Assembly (NCBI GenBank): GCA_001724265.1
Contig: MEDY01000236.1
Span: forward strand, 1-64,000
Direction: 5' to 3'
DNA: 64,000 nt
Origin: Rhizaria sp. SCN 62-66
Lineage: Eukaryota
Under the pieces are notes generated by a model. The model was not told the DNA's origin, made no database searches, and was given only the letters and a program-made list of their open reading frames with translations. Below, piece by piece: positions 10,575-21,700 of this stretch (positions within the stretch are counted from its first letter, which is position 1; each line of letters starts with the position of its first letter). Position numbers and translations under genes: made by a program.

Positions 10575-12798
10575 CTGGGCTAGAGGCTAAACAGAGAAGT
10601 TGACCACAAAATGAGATAACGTAAGTTATTATGAACTTTAATCTCGTTTATCGGCCTTGTTTGGTATCAAGATCACTTACTGCTTTTATTTCAGTTTGCT
10701 ATATTGAATTTTAATTGCGTTTGGCTCCGACGCTTTCGTGCCCCCAGGGACGGGACAAAGCAGCGGAATGCACTGCTCGATTGCGCACTTCAAGTTGTTC
10801 TTGGATATCTCTTCCTGAAAACATATTGCCGTAAACTTTTAAGTTCACTTCTTATTAATATAAAACAGATTGTATCGTTACTCGTTAAAAACTCTAACGA
10901 AGTGCGTTTCTTCATTGAGCTATGACACATATCAAACTTTTCAAGTTGCTAGCAAGTCCGAGGTCTGAGGGATTTAGAGCAAAAATATGCGGCAATTCTT
11001 GACTCTTTTAAGTGAACCGACAAAATACCTTAAATATACATGCTGTATTGGCTCTCTTGTCGCTGTTGATAAAACAATTTGGATCTGTTAATCAATGCAA
11101 CCTGCGTCAGTTTCAAGTTGCAAGAGGGACGAGCTCTGCTGAAACATCGCACACGCATCTGCAATCATCGCTTTTGTAACATGTTGTGTGAGCAATGTTG
11201 GTGCACGTGATAGCATCAGCGCTCGCAGCGGTAAGCAGGACCTCCCAAACATATGTACACGAGGCTTTTGATCCAAGTTTCTGCAAGGGAAGAGTATAGT
11301 GAGCTCTTCAAGCTGCGTTAACATTGTGTTCCAGCTTCTTGTTCCAGCTCTTCGGTGTCGCCAACAACATTGTCTTGGTGGCTTGTGCGACAAAATGATG
11401 GGTTTAGTGTGCCTCTTGTGTTGGTCCGTCAGCGTTGTGAGTGAGTGTGAATAATGCAGACGTTGTGTATGGTACAAAATGTATATGTGCTTCTGAGTTT
11501 ATGACGAGAGCAGTAAAGCATGAGGCATTATTTCTTGCTGCAACAAGCTATTGCATACCTTGAGAGGGGAATTTTTTTGATAACGTCACTAAAAAGCTTG
11601 CCAGTGGTCAACCACGCTGTTACTATTACTTCTAGGATAATTATTAATACCAGTACCCGAAGACCATCGCTAGTTTGTGACTGCGTGCCGCTGGTGTAAC
11701 TTGGAAAGCGTAGCACAAGAATGGTGTGGCAGTCGATTTTGAAGCTAAAGTGAATGAATACAAATGATATAAGCATTTAAACAGGGAGAAACATATAAAA
11801 ACTTCTTCTTCTCTTTTTTTATTTTACCCCAATAAAAAATTTGAAGGTTGAAAAGATCAAGTGAATTAAAATTTTATTTCTGTTCCCAATATAATTTCTG
11901 CAATAAGTACCCTAAAAATCGCGGTGGCCGCTCATTTTTTTGACATTTCTTTGAAGATATCACAAGGATAACATCATTGGGTGATAGTAAATTTCCGCTA
12001 GGTTATATAAATATTTATTTCTTATTGTTTAAAATGATTTCTTTTTCTCCAAATCTTCATCTCAGTTTTGTCGCCAGTGTACCACAAGAAATGACCCTAA
12101 CAGCATGTGCACTTTTGTCACACATGCGCCGTCAAGACGATATTAAATCAAAATAAGCTACTAAGGCCAGCTATAGCACAAATTCTACTGATTGATTTTA
12201 CTTTCACATAATACACGCTGCTATGAAGTTAATGCAATACAAGTAACCTAACATGGACATGGTTTGGTGTTGGAATGGAGTAAGACGCTTTAAAGTGCAT
12301 TGTATGGAGTATTTACTTTGTAGGTAACAGTAGTACACAATGCGACGACACAGCCAGCCAGAGAAAGTCCCCTGATGTTTGATATGAGAAAGCAAACGCA
12401 GGGGAGCACACGTTTAAATTAGGAAACACTCAAGTCAATAAAGGAGAAAATCCATTCATAAACTTGAGTGCAAAAGTAAGAGCTACGTCTTATAAACACT
12501 TGTTAGCGACAGCGCACGCCCCCAACACAGCTACACAACTCGTCCGTCAGGAACAGAGAGCACAGCTGTGAGGGACGGACACTGCACGCACACACGCGCG
12601 CGCGTACGCGAGACGTTGCCGAGGAGCATTCCGTCACCGCCCAGACTCCACAAACTCGCATGAGTCAGCGAAGGCAAAGGACAGTGGCCTTACAACACCC
12701 ACGTAAGAGATCACATCACCCCGAGCGACACTCGCGAAAAGAGAGATCTGAGCGAGAGTGGCACAGCATGACGTGAATCACAGCGGACGAGTGTCAAC

Positions 12799-13113
12799 TT
12801 ACGCGATGGGGGAGACGTTGACGGCGGCGGTGCCCTTGGGGGTGGAGCCCATGACGAACTCGACCTTCTGGCCGTCGGTGAGGTTGCGGTAGCCGGAGCC
12901 CTGGATGTTGGAGAAGTGGACGAAGACGTCGGAGCCGTCGTCGCGGGTGATGAAGCCGAAGCCCTTGGCGGAGTCGAACCACTTGACGGTGCCAGTCTCG
13001 CGGGGGGCATCGGAGAAGAGGCGGGCGGGGGCGCCGACGACGGAGGCGAGGGGAGCAATGAGGGCGGGCTTGGTGATCATGCAGATCGCACGCTTGGCAA
13101 AGAGGCTGAGCAT
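12799..13113 (-). CDS. Cold-shock domain protein with a probable mitochondrial presequence
   Basis: [15 protein letters not shown] and DVFVHFSNI (RNP1/RNP2). The N-terminal ~35 aa is basic and acid-free, ending ARLFS; TAA stop. Confidence 0.92.
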   Translation of the reverse strand: MLSLFAKRAICMITKPALIAPLASVVGAPARLFSDAPRETGTVKWFDSAKGFGFITRDDGSDVFVHFSNIQGSGYRNLTDGQKVEFVMGSTPKGTAAVNVSPIA

Positions 13114-13653
13114 AGTTAAAGTGTCTGTCTCGGCGGGATAGAACAGGGTGAAAAGGCATAAAAAAGGGCATAGGTGAGAGGCTGGAACATGTGTGGCGCA
13201 TGATCTGTGACATCATCTTGACTGAAGAGACATGCGTTGGAGAAGACAGGAAAGATTGCACCCCACACCGATGTTTGCTCATGGGGCTTCGAATACTTTT
13301 CCAAGGGTAATCTCGCAAGAAAGGGCCCCGCAGTAGTGGTTCTCTTAAAAAAGTCGAGATAGATCACACAGTGATAAAACGTAAAATCTCACAAGAGAGG
13401 TTTCAAACGATACCAGCGGCGCAGATAAAGGAATTTGCGGTGAGCTCAAAATGCCGGTCCGACCTCCAGCTGTACAGAGTAAGTAGGGGACTGTTCTCAA
13501 AAAGTCAAAATCAATTTGGGTCCGGCCGGCCCGGCTTGACTTTGGTGCGGCAGCGGCGGGGACTGGGCCTTCCCCGGCACCAGCCAGAGACGAGCCTCGT
13601 CTCGAACTTTGAAACCGGTTTGTGGTGTTGAGATCTCCCAGAACTCGTTCCAA

Positions 13654-14275
13654 ATGGTACGTAATAGCGCTATCCACTTGCATTCTCTCTTTTACACTTT
13701 ACATTTGCTTTCCAGCGCTTCTCAGAGCCATGATCTGTCGTTCCGAAGCTTCCCGTTAATCCCCACTCTGGCTCACTCTCACTCTCTCGCTCTCTCCGCT
13801 ATCTTTGCCCCGGTGCTCTTTCGCTCTCTCCAGGTTAACTTCCCCAAGCAGAAGAAGACTTACTGCAAGCGTTGCAAGAAGCACACTCTCCAGGGCATCA
13901 CCTGGCAGAAGAAGGCCGGCAAGGCCTCCCTCCTCGCTCAGGGTACGTACACTTCCTTCATGGGCTCATCGACTTCCTACTCTTTACAAGCGTTCGCTCT
14001 CCTCTCCATCTCTCTGCGCCGCGACCGCTTTATTATGTCACACGACTTTGTCCACTCTTCTTTCTATTGCACATACTCACACTCTCTACTTGCGCTTTCT
14101 TTGCTCGCTATTCTGCATCTTCGTTTAGGTAAGCGTCGCTACGACCGGAAGCAGGCCGGTTTCGGTGGTCAGACCAAGCCCGTCTTCCGCAAGAACGTGA
14201 AGACCACCAAGAAGGTCGTCCTCAATTAAGCGCTCCCTCCACGTCGAGGTCGGTGGCCAGAAGTCCAAGGCGTAA
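13654..14275 (+). CDS. RPL36A: 60S ribosomal protein L36a/L44 (eL42); 3 exons, with an apparent internal deletion/frameshift at about 14224
   Basis: ATG, intron 13657-13833, [17 protein letters not shown]; intron 13943-14128; [20 protein letters not shown]...KTTKKVVL. The conserved [11 protein letters not shown] end follows in a shifted frame to TAA at 14273-14275. Confidence 0.9.
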
Positions 14276-15039
14276 ATTTCCTTACGCACCTCAACTTCAT
14301 TCAATCGGTTTGGACGCTCACGTCGCAGCCTAATCGTTGCGTGTGGCGCTGGTCGGAAATCACAATACATTACAACACCTAACTCAATCCTTTCTGTCTT
14401 ATTTCACCGTCCACTCTCGTCTCTGCTTTGCTTTACCCTTCAATGTCACTCTACGGCATCACTCTCTCAGCCCTGTCTTCTAGTGAAGTTGAATTACTTG
14501 TCTGCATTGATAAACATCTGTGTATTAAGGTCAAGATACGAAGCGGCGCACATCACCGGCGTATCTGTCATCTATGTAGCGTGTTTTTGTCTCTCAAACC
14601 CTTTGATATGGACTGGCTATATCACCCGGCAGAGTAAGAGTGGTGACGAGACAGGTGACTGCAACGCCGGCAGCTTGCGCTTGACGTTAACAGCGTCCGA
14701 TAGCGCTCCACTAGCTCTGCAGCAGACAATAGACTTAGCGCCATCTGCGAAGAGGCAAGATGCACGCAAAGTCAAAAGTTGTCACAGCGGCGGCGTTGCT
14801 CTAAGCAGGGTTCCTGGGCAAGAGATGGGGGAGGTCGCGTCAGCGCGCAAACAGACGCGGCCGGGCCCGATTTCGATACAAAGGGATATAATGCCCGCTT
14901 AGTAGCAACGCATTAGGAAGTAATTAGTGCCTTATGGCGCGTTTGTTGTTAAACTCACTCGTTCAGCTCGTGCAGCGGCGGCCTCGAAATGAGAGGATAC
15001 TGCGGACTTAAGCTCGTTGATACAGCAGCAGCCGCGCGC

Positions 15040-15557
15040 TCAAGCGAACACGGCCATGGTCTTAGCGCACAAAGCGAGGCTGTCAAGAACATTGCTGGCG
15101 GACACACGCACAGTCTTGACGTCAACGCCGGAGATGTTGCTGCAGCACACGGCATAGGGCAGAGGGCGAAAGATGGTGACTAGTGAGCGAAGGGTATCAA
15201 TCGAGGGGATGTGAGCAGGTAAAGTGAGGAGCGGGGGCGGTGTACGTACATCTTGACAACGTTTTCCTCGGCAACAATAGAGCGCTTGACGCGGTCGGGG
15301 CGGACCTCCTCGTCCACGGCCACAGAGCGCGCGGCGATCGAGGCCAGCTTGGCCGACGGGAAGGCAACGTCGAAGTTCCTGTAGACAGCAGTCAGCAACA
15401 ATAGTGGGTGAAATCAGAACAAAAGGAGTTAGTAAGACAGAAATAAGAGGGTGTTAGCGCAAGGGAAGAAAAACTTGGCTCAGAGAGGGGCGCACATGGC
15501 GTGAGAGCGTGAGGGAGGAGCGAGGACGTACACTTCGACAAGCCCAGAGATGGACAT
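15040..15557 (-). CDS. PCC1: KEOPS complex subunit Pcc1/LAGE3; 3 exons
   Basis: Spliced product MSISGLVEV-NFDVAFPSAKLASIAARSVAVDEEVRPDRVKRSI...NISGVDVKTVRVSASNVLDSLALCAKTMAVFA. Two GTACGT donors; TGA stop. Confidence 0.8.
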
Positions 15558-16053
15558 CTGGTGACGGGGGACTGGGCGGCAAGAGAGAAAGATGGGGTTT
15601 TTAGAAGTAAGAAACAAAGTGTGATATGCACAGCAGTCGTTAAATACCTGCCATACAAATATTTTCGATATTGACGGAACATACACCGAACTATCAGTAT
15701 TTTTATGAAGGGCCGCCTGCCAGTCGCGAGCGAGCTGCTGGGTGACCGTGGTCAGCTGGCTCGGGACTGAAAAAGTCGAAAAAAGCGCGGTACTTACTTT
15801 TGGGGCCCAGGCCCCAGTCGGTCGGCAGACTTGCACGTGAGACGGGGCGAGGGCGCTGAATCGCCGCCTTCGGAAGCGTCTCTCGCGAGCCAGCGGCTGT
15901 GTGTTGGGCTGTGGATGCATTTAATAACCTTGATTTATCTTTGTATGCTGTGCTGTATTATCCGTTATTGTTCATTGTGTGCTGCCGGCGTCTTGTGGCC
16001 TGTTTCTCATTCCCCACGTGCTTTGCTTCCCCTCTTTGCTTTGCCTTATGTAG

Positions 16054-16479
16054 ATGGAGCCTGCTGAGTACGCTGCTAAGCGCATTCGTGAGCACGACTT
16101 CGGCCTGTCGTTCTCCGCTGACCCCCGTTTCGTCAACACTCACGACCAGTCCCGCGTACGTCCCCTTTCCGCCTCAATTCACCCTGTAATGTCCACTCTA
16201 TTTCTCTCCCGCGCCCAACCCCAGTCTCGTCTCTCTCTGACCTTCGCTTTTGTCTCCTCCCTGCTTCCCTATTTCCGTTTCCGCCCCGCGCAGTGGTGCT
16301 ACACCCTCTTCAACGACTACCTCCGTTGCAAGGACAAGCTCGGCGAGGACGCCCCCCGTTGCCAGTACCTCAACCAGAAGACCAACGTCATCTGCCCCAT
16401 CTCGTACCTCGACAAGTACCGTGAGTGGATCGACGAGGGCAAGTGGTACGGCTACAAGGCCAAGAACGAGGACAACTAA
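16054..16479 (+). CDS. COX6B: Cytochrome c oxidase subunit 6B (Cox12); intron 16156-16293
   Basis: DPRFVNTHDQSR|WCYTLFNDYLRC...RC...ICPISYLDKYREWIDEG with a CX9C-CX10C pattern; TAA stop. Confidence 0.9.
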   Translation: MEPAEYAAKRIREHDFGLSFSADPRFVNTHDQSRVRPLSASIHPVMSTLFLSRAQPQSRLSLTFAFVSSLLPYFRFRPAQWCYTLFNDYLRCKDKLGEDAPRCQYLNQKTNVICPISYLDKYREWIDEGKWYGYKAKNEDN

Positions 16480-17729
16480 GTGCAACATGCGCTTTCCCAC
16501 CTCATTTTCCTCTGCTGCTGCTTCCGTTGCGCGATGCGTGCACTCGTAACCCCCCGTCGGTGCCCGCACTGACCCCGTCCGTGCGGACGCTATTCTCACG
16601 CGGCGCCGACCACCCGTGCACGCCAGAGGCCGGGCCCCCTACTTATCTAATCCCGGGCGCCCTCTCTGGCTCTTGCACGCGCCGCCGTTGCCGTTGCTGT
16701 CGCCACAGTGTCCGCCACCTTCAGTCTCGGTCTCAGTTGCTCGCCACATCAGCGCCCCTCCCCGGTCCCCGTCTCCGCCTCCTTCGGCCGGGGCGGTAAA
16801 TTAATCCGTGCCCCCCCCCGCGTCTGCCACCTTTGCCGCCACGTCTGTTGCTGCTGCTGCTTCTGTGCTGCTGCCGTTGCCGCTGCTGTCGCCGCTGTTC
16901 CCCCGTCGTCGGTCCGTCTCTGGCGTGCTCCACTGCTCGCCACTGCACTCTCGCTTCAGGAGCCTCCCGTCAGCACCCACCGCACCCACAGCAGCAGTCT
17001 GCAGTCTGCATGCCCGCTCGCGGGGCGCGCGCACACCCCTATTTCGTTTTAACCATTATCTCCCGTCCTCGGCCGTCTCCAACCCGGCCCTACGCCGTCC
17101 CCTCCCCCCCTTCGCTCTCTCTACGCCTCAACACCTCTCTGTCGCTCCGCCGCGACGCCTCGGCGCTGTCCCTCCCCCCCGCTGTGCGCCCGCCGCCGCC
17201 CGCCCGCATGATTCACCCCGCGGCGGACGGCAGCAACAAAAACAGCAGCTGCGGGGGTCGCAACACGCAGCCTGCGCTGTGTGTCTCAATGAGAGAGAGA
17301 GAGAGAGGGAGAGAGGGGGGCGGTTCGGCTTTGTTTTTCATCATGTCTGCCTCCTCCGCAGCCTCTGAGCGTGCGTGTTTTCGCACCTTGGACTCTGCGC
17401 CCCCCACACCCCTAACCAAAATAAGTATGTTCGGCCGTTTGCCACATTTGCCATACACAGTCAATATTCAACACTACGACTATATTTTAACATGTTTAAA
17501 GATATATATCATATTATACTATGTATTGATTGATTGTACGAAACTTCATTACGCTTTAGATATCCAAAGTCTTCGGCCCTGGCCAGTCTGCATGATTTGC
17601 AGTCTTCGTCAGTCCCTTGGACTCGACGACAAGAGAGATAATACACGCATTTTTGTCGATAACAGTCGTCTCTCAGTGCACCGGAGACAGCGCCCACCTC
17701 GTCGCCTGACTGGTGGTGACGCCCCTCCC

Positions 17730-18395
17730 TCACAGATCTGTGAGGACGGTGAGCACGGCGGCGGCGGGGACCGCGGGCGTGGGCGTGATCAGCTCCTCCC
17801 AGCTGGGCACCAGTCCCATGGCGCGCGCCTTGTACAGCGCCAGCGCCACGCCCGCCACGTTCAGCGCAATCCAGACGAGCTTCGGCACAAGCAGTGACAC
17901 GCTCGCCGCGCGCGCATCGCCGGGCGCCGCGGGGGCGGTGTTGTACTTGGCGAAGGTGTTGTTGACCTCGAAGAGGCGCTGCAGGGGCTGGAACAGCGCC
18001 ATGCCGAGCGTCATGATCGAGAAGATCTGCAGCGCGTTGCCCGACATCCAGAGCATAAAGCCGGTCATGAGGAGCTGCGAGCCGGGCTGCTTGGCCGTCG
18101 CCATCGCGCTCTGGTAGATCTTGTCCGCGCGCTCGGCCGCCAGCGCGGCGGGGGACTGCGCGCCCGCGCCGGCGCCGCTCGAGACGGACGAGGAGGCGTA
18201 GTTGCTGTCGGTGGAGCGCGAGGGGAAGCCGAAAGGAACGGGAAGGGAAGACGCGCCGTTGTGATGGGAGGGCGTGGTGAGGGCGCGCGAGGAAGTGGCG
18301 GCGGAGGCGTCGTCGAGGGCGAAGCAACGGGGAGCGAGTGCCGACCCGGCTGTGGGCGACTTGGGCTTCTGCACGGGGGCCGCTCGAGATGCCAT
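17730..18395 (-). CDS. EMC4: ER membrane protein complex subunit 4
   Basis: MTGFMLWMSGNALQIFSIM...QP and LALYKARAMGLVP signature; TGA stop. Confidence 0.9.
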   Translation of the reverse strand: MASRAAPVQKPKSPTAGSALAPRCFALDDASAATSSRALTTPSHHNGASSLPVPFGFPSRSTDSNYASSSVSSGAGAGAQSPAALAAERADKIYQSAMATAKQPGSQLLMTGFMLWMSGNALQIFSIMTLGMALFQPLQRLFEVNNTFAKYNTAPAAPGDARAASVSLLVPKLVWIALNVAGVALALYKARAMGLVPSWEELITPTPAVPAAAVLTVLTDL

Positions 18396-18717
18396 AAGCT
18401 ATAAAAGGAAAGAAAAGCACAAATAAATGAGATAAGTGCTGGGGTAGTGCAGCAGAGCGAGTAACGGAATGTTGGCGGAGATCAATAATGAACTTTGTCG
18501 GCCGTCGTGACGTCGCTGTGGGACAGCTCCTGTTCCGCGCTCAGCTCCAACTTCAAGAATCACTGATGTCCTGCGGCTTAACGATCGTAAATTGCGAAGA
18601 TTTTGCAATATGTTAATTAAATCTTACATTTATATTTGAACTTCTTTTTCGTCTTTGTACAGGAGTTGTATTTGGCGCACCCTACGTGGAACTAGCGCAA
18701 CTACCTCCACAGCCCCG

Positions 18718-21700
18718 ATGAAGTATCCGCGGGGCCAAGGGCGTCCTGTCGCAGGGATGCCCCCACTTCCTCCCGCACACGCGTTGCGCGCTGTGGCCAC
18801 GACGCAGGACTCCGGCACCGCGACGTCAGCGGCTCAAGAGCCCACCGCGCGCTCACGCCGCCGCTCTTCTGACGCAAGCGCGTACGCAAGTGATGGCGGG
18901 AGCGATGCGAATGCGAACGCTAGTGCCGGCGCAAGCGAAGCAGTGCGTCCCCCGTCACGCCCAGTCGCCGCGACTGCCTCGATGTCCGCCGCCATTGCGT
19001 CCGCGGCGATCCCGGCCTCGCACTTGGCCATGATCGCGGCCAGCAAGAAGGGCCGTGCCTCCGACGCTCCCCACAACAACAACAGCAGCAACAGCAGCAG
19101 CAGCAGCGCCAGCAGTAGCAGTTACAGCCACAGCCACATCAGCACTGCGAGCGCGAGCGCCGCGGTTTCAGCCGCGCGTGGGTCTGCTGCGGCGCCGTTT
19201 GGCGAGCATCAAGCCAACTCTGCGGCTGCATCTGAGGGCGATTATGACTTGAATTCGTTCGCTTCAACTTCGAAGCAGCAACAGAGTCGTGCGAACATCA
19301 ACATCACAAACAAGAGCAACAAGAGCAATAGCAGTGGCAGTAGCCTGGCGGAGGCTGTGGCGGCGTCCGGTGCCCGGCCGCAGCTGCCCCTCTCCCAAGT
19401 AGTCGCCGCCGTCGCCGCCGCACTGTGCCCTGCGGCGCTCCACGCACAGTTGCAGTTGCAGTCGCCGCGCTCGCAGTCGCGGGCGCATTTGGCGCAGCAG
19501 TGGGGCGTGGCGATGAGCTTTGGGCCGCCCGTGGCGCCTGACAGCTCCACTGCGCCGTCATCCGGCAACACCAGCAGCAGTAGCAGTAGCAGCAGCAGCA
19601 GCAGCAGCAGCAGCGGCGGCAGTAGCGTTGCCGATGCGTCGGCCGCGAGTGTGATGGCCGCGAACGGCCCCGTGCCAGCCGTGCCCACCGCCCACATCTC
19701 TCCCGGAGACGGCGCCGACGCTGACGACAGCGAGGACGACGACGACGACGACGACGGCAGCGCAGACGCAGCCGCGGTAATGACCGACAACAGTGACATT
19801 GACAACGACTATGAAAGCAAAGACAGCAGTGCGAGCTCAAGCGCAGCCAGTGCGACTGCGAAGCCTCGCCGCGCCGGCCGCAGCAGGCCGCGGCCGCTGT
19901 CGCGCCGCGAGCAGCTCCGCGCCGGTGCCGCGGTCGCACTTACCATCTCGCGTCTACTCGTTCTGCCGGCGTCCGATGCGACCGACTCGGGTGAAGCCGC
20001 GACTGCTGCAGCGAGCGCTCTCGCTTTGACGCATCAGACGCGCGCGCCTGACTATTACAGTGATGGGGACGACAACGCTGACGCTGAGGCCGCAGCTCTG
20101 GCTGAGGCTGAGGCTTTCGACGAGGCTGAGGCTGCGGCGAGTGGTGCAATTGCGCTGCTGCACGCGCGCGCTCTCTCTTTGCGTGCGCGCGCTTACACCA
20201 TAGCTGCCCACGGTCACCCGGCGCTGTCCTCCGCTGTCACAGTTGCAGTCGCCGTGCCGCAGATGCCCACGGTTGCGCGCGCTCTCTCTCGGCTCCTCAC
20301 TCTGATTGCAGCGGCGCCCGCGCCCGCAGTGCCTGTAGTGGCCGCGTCAGTCTCTGCGGCGGTTGCGACAGCTTCGCTCGCGACCGCGGCGTCTGCGGCA
20401 TTGAAGGGCCGTGATGCTGCATTGAATGGCGACTCCATTGTCTCAAAGACGACGGGGAACTCAAGTCGTGGTGCTGACAGTGCGAAGGCACAGTCGAATC
20501 TGCTGCCGCCGCACCCGCTGAGTCAGTACTTACACTTGCCGCTGCCCGTGGTCCAGCCGCCGGCCGACCCCGTCGCCACCATCACCGGATACAGCACCGC
20601 CTTGACCGACCAGGACGATGCTGCGGCGGCTGCGCCGTGCGCCGCGCTGGCGAGCGACACGCGCGCGCAGCTGGTGGCTGTGGCGCGCGCGCAGGTCGCG
20701 CACGCGCAGGCTGCATTTAGCCAGTTTGGCCAGACTCAAGCTGCTCTTTCTCGCTCAACGGCTGTCGCCGCCGCTGGCACTGGCGCGAGGTTGGGTGTTC
20801 AGAATCCACTCAGCTCAGTTGGACAAGCGACTGTGGGCATCAGTAGCAACACTGCCATTGCGCCCCGCAGCGCGCTGGCGACGCTGGGCTTCTACATGCG
20901 TCTGCACGCTCTGTGCAGCGAGCTCCACTGCGCGCTGCTGCGGTTACGCACCGAGACCGGCGGCATGGGCCGGCCCACGGTCACGACCGCGGTGTCCACG
21001 GTCGCGGCTGAGCGTGACCGTGAGCGTGATCGTGAGCGTGGCGCGAAAGCGACGGCGAGCGCGAAGCCGTCCAAGTCTCAGTCCCAGTCAGAGCTGTGGC
21101 AGGCGTCCTGCGCCGGCCTCGTGCCCCCGTCCGCAACTGTGGCCACGCTGTCGCATGGCGCGTCGCCGCGCTACAGCACGTTCACCGCAGCGCAGCCCGA
21201 TAGTGCGGCTGCTGAACGGTCTGAAACTGTGAAGAGTTGCGGAAACAAGTGCAGTTGTTGCGGCGCCCATGTGACCGTGAACGCCGACGCAGATATCGGC
21301 GCTGGTGCTGGGGCTGCCTTATGCGTGTCGCTCCCAGGCCCGCCAGACCCGTGGGCGGGCCACAGTGCAGCTGCACAGGGCTTTGGCGGCCCGCCCCTGC
21401 TCACGGTCACGTCTGATTCACTCACTCCGAGCAATGGCAGCGCTACAACGGCGGATATGACTGTCAGCGTGCCACCTATGCACACCGCGTCCGACTTGTA
21501 CTCGTCGCACGGCGACAATGGCGGCTCGAGCAACGGCGTCACATACAGTAGCAGTTCTGCACCCATATCTTACGAGGCAGCGTTCTTGCATCGCACTGAC
21601 ACAACTGCTTTTGGTGCAACTATTTCTGTATTCTCTCTTTTACACTTACAAGTGCCATCTTTTATCACAGAGTCCGCTAATGCCGCCTCTATTGCCGCCA

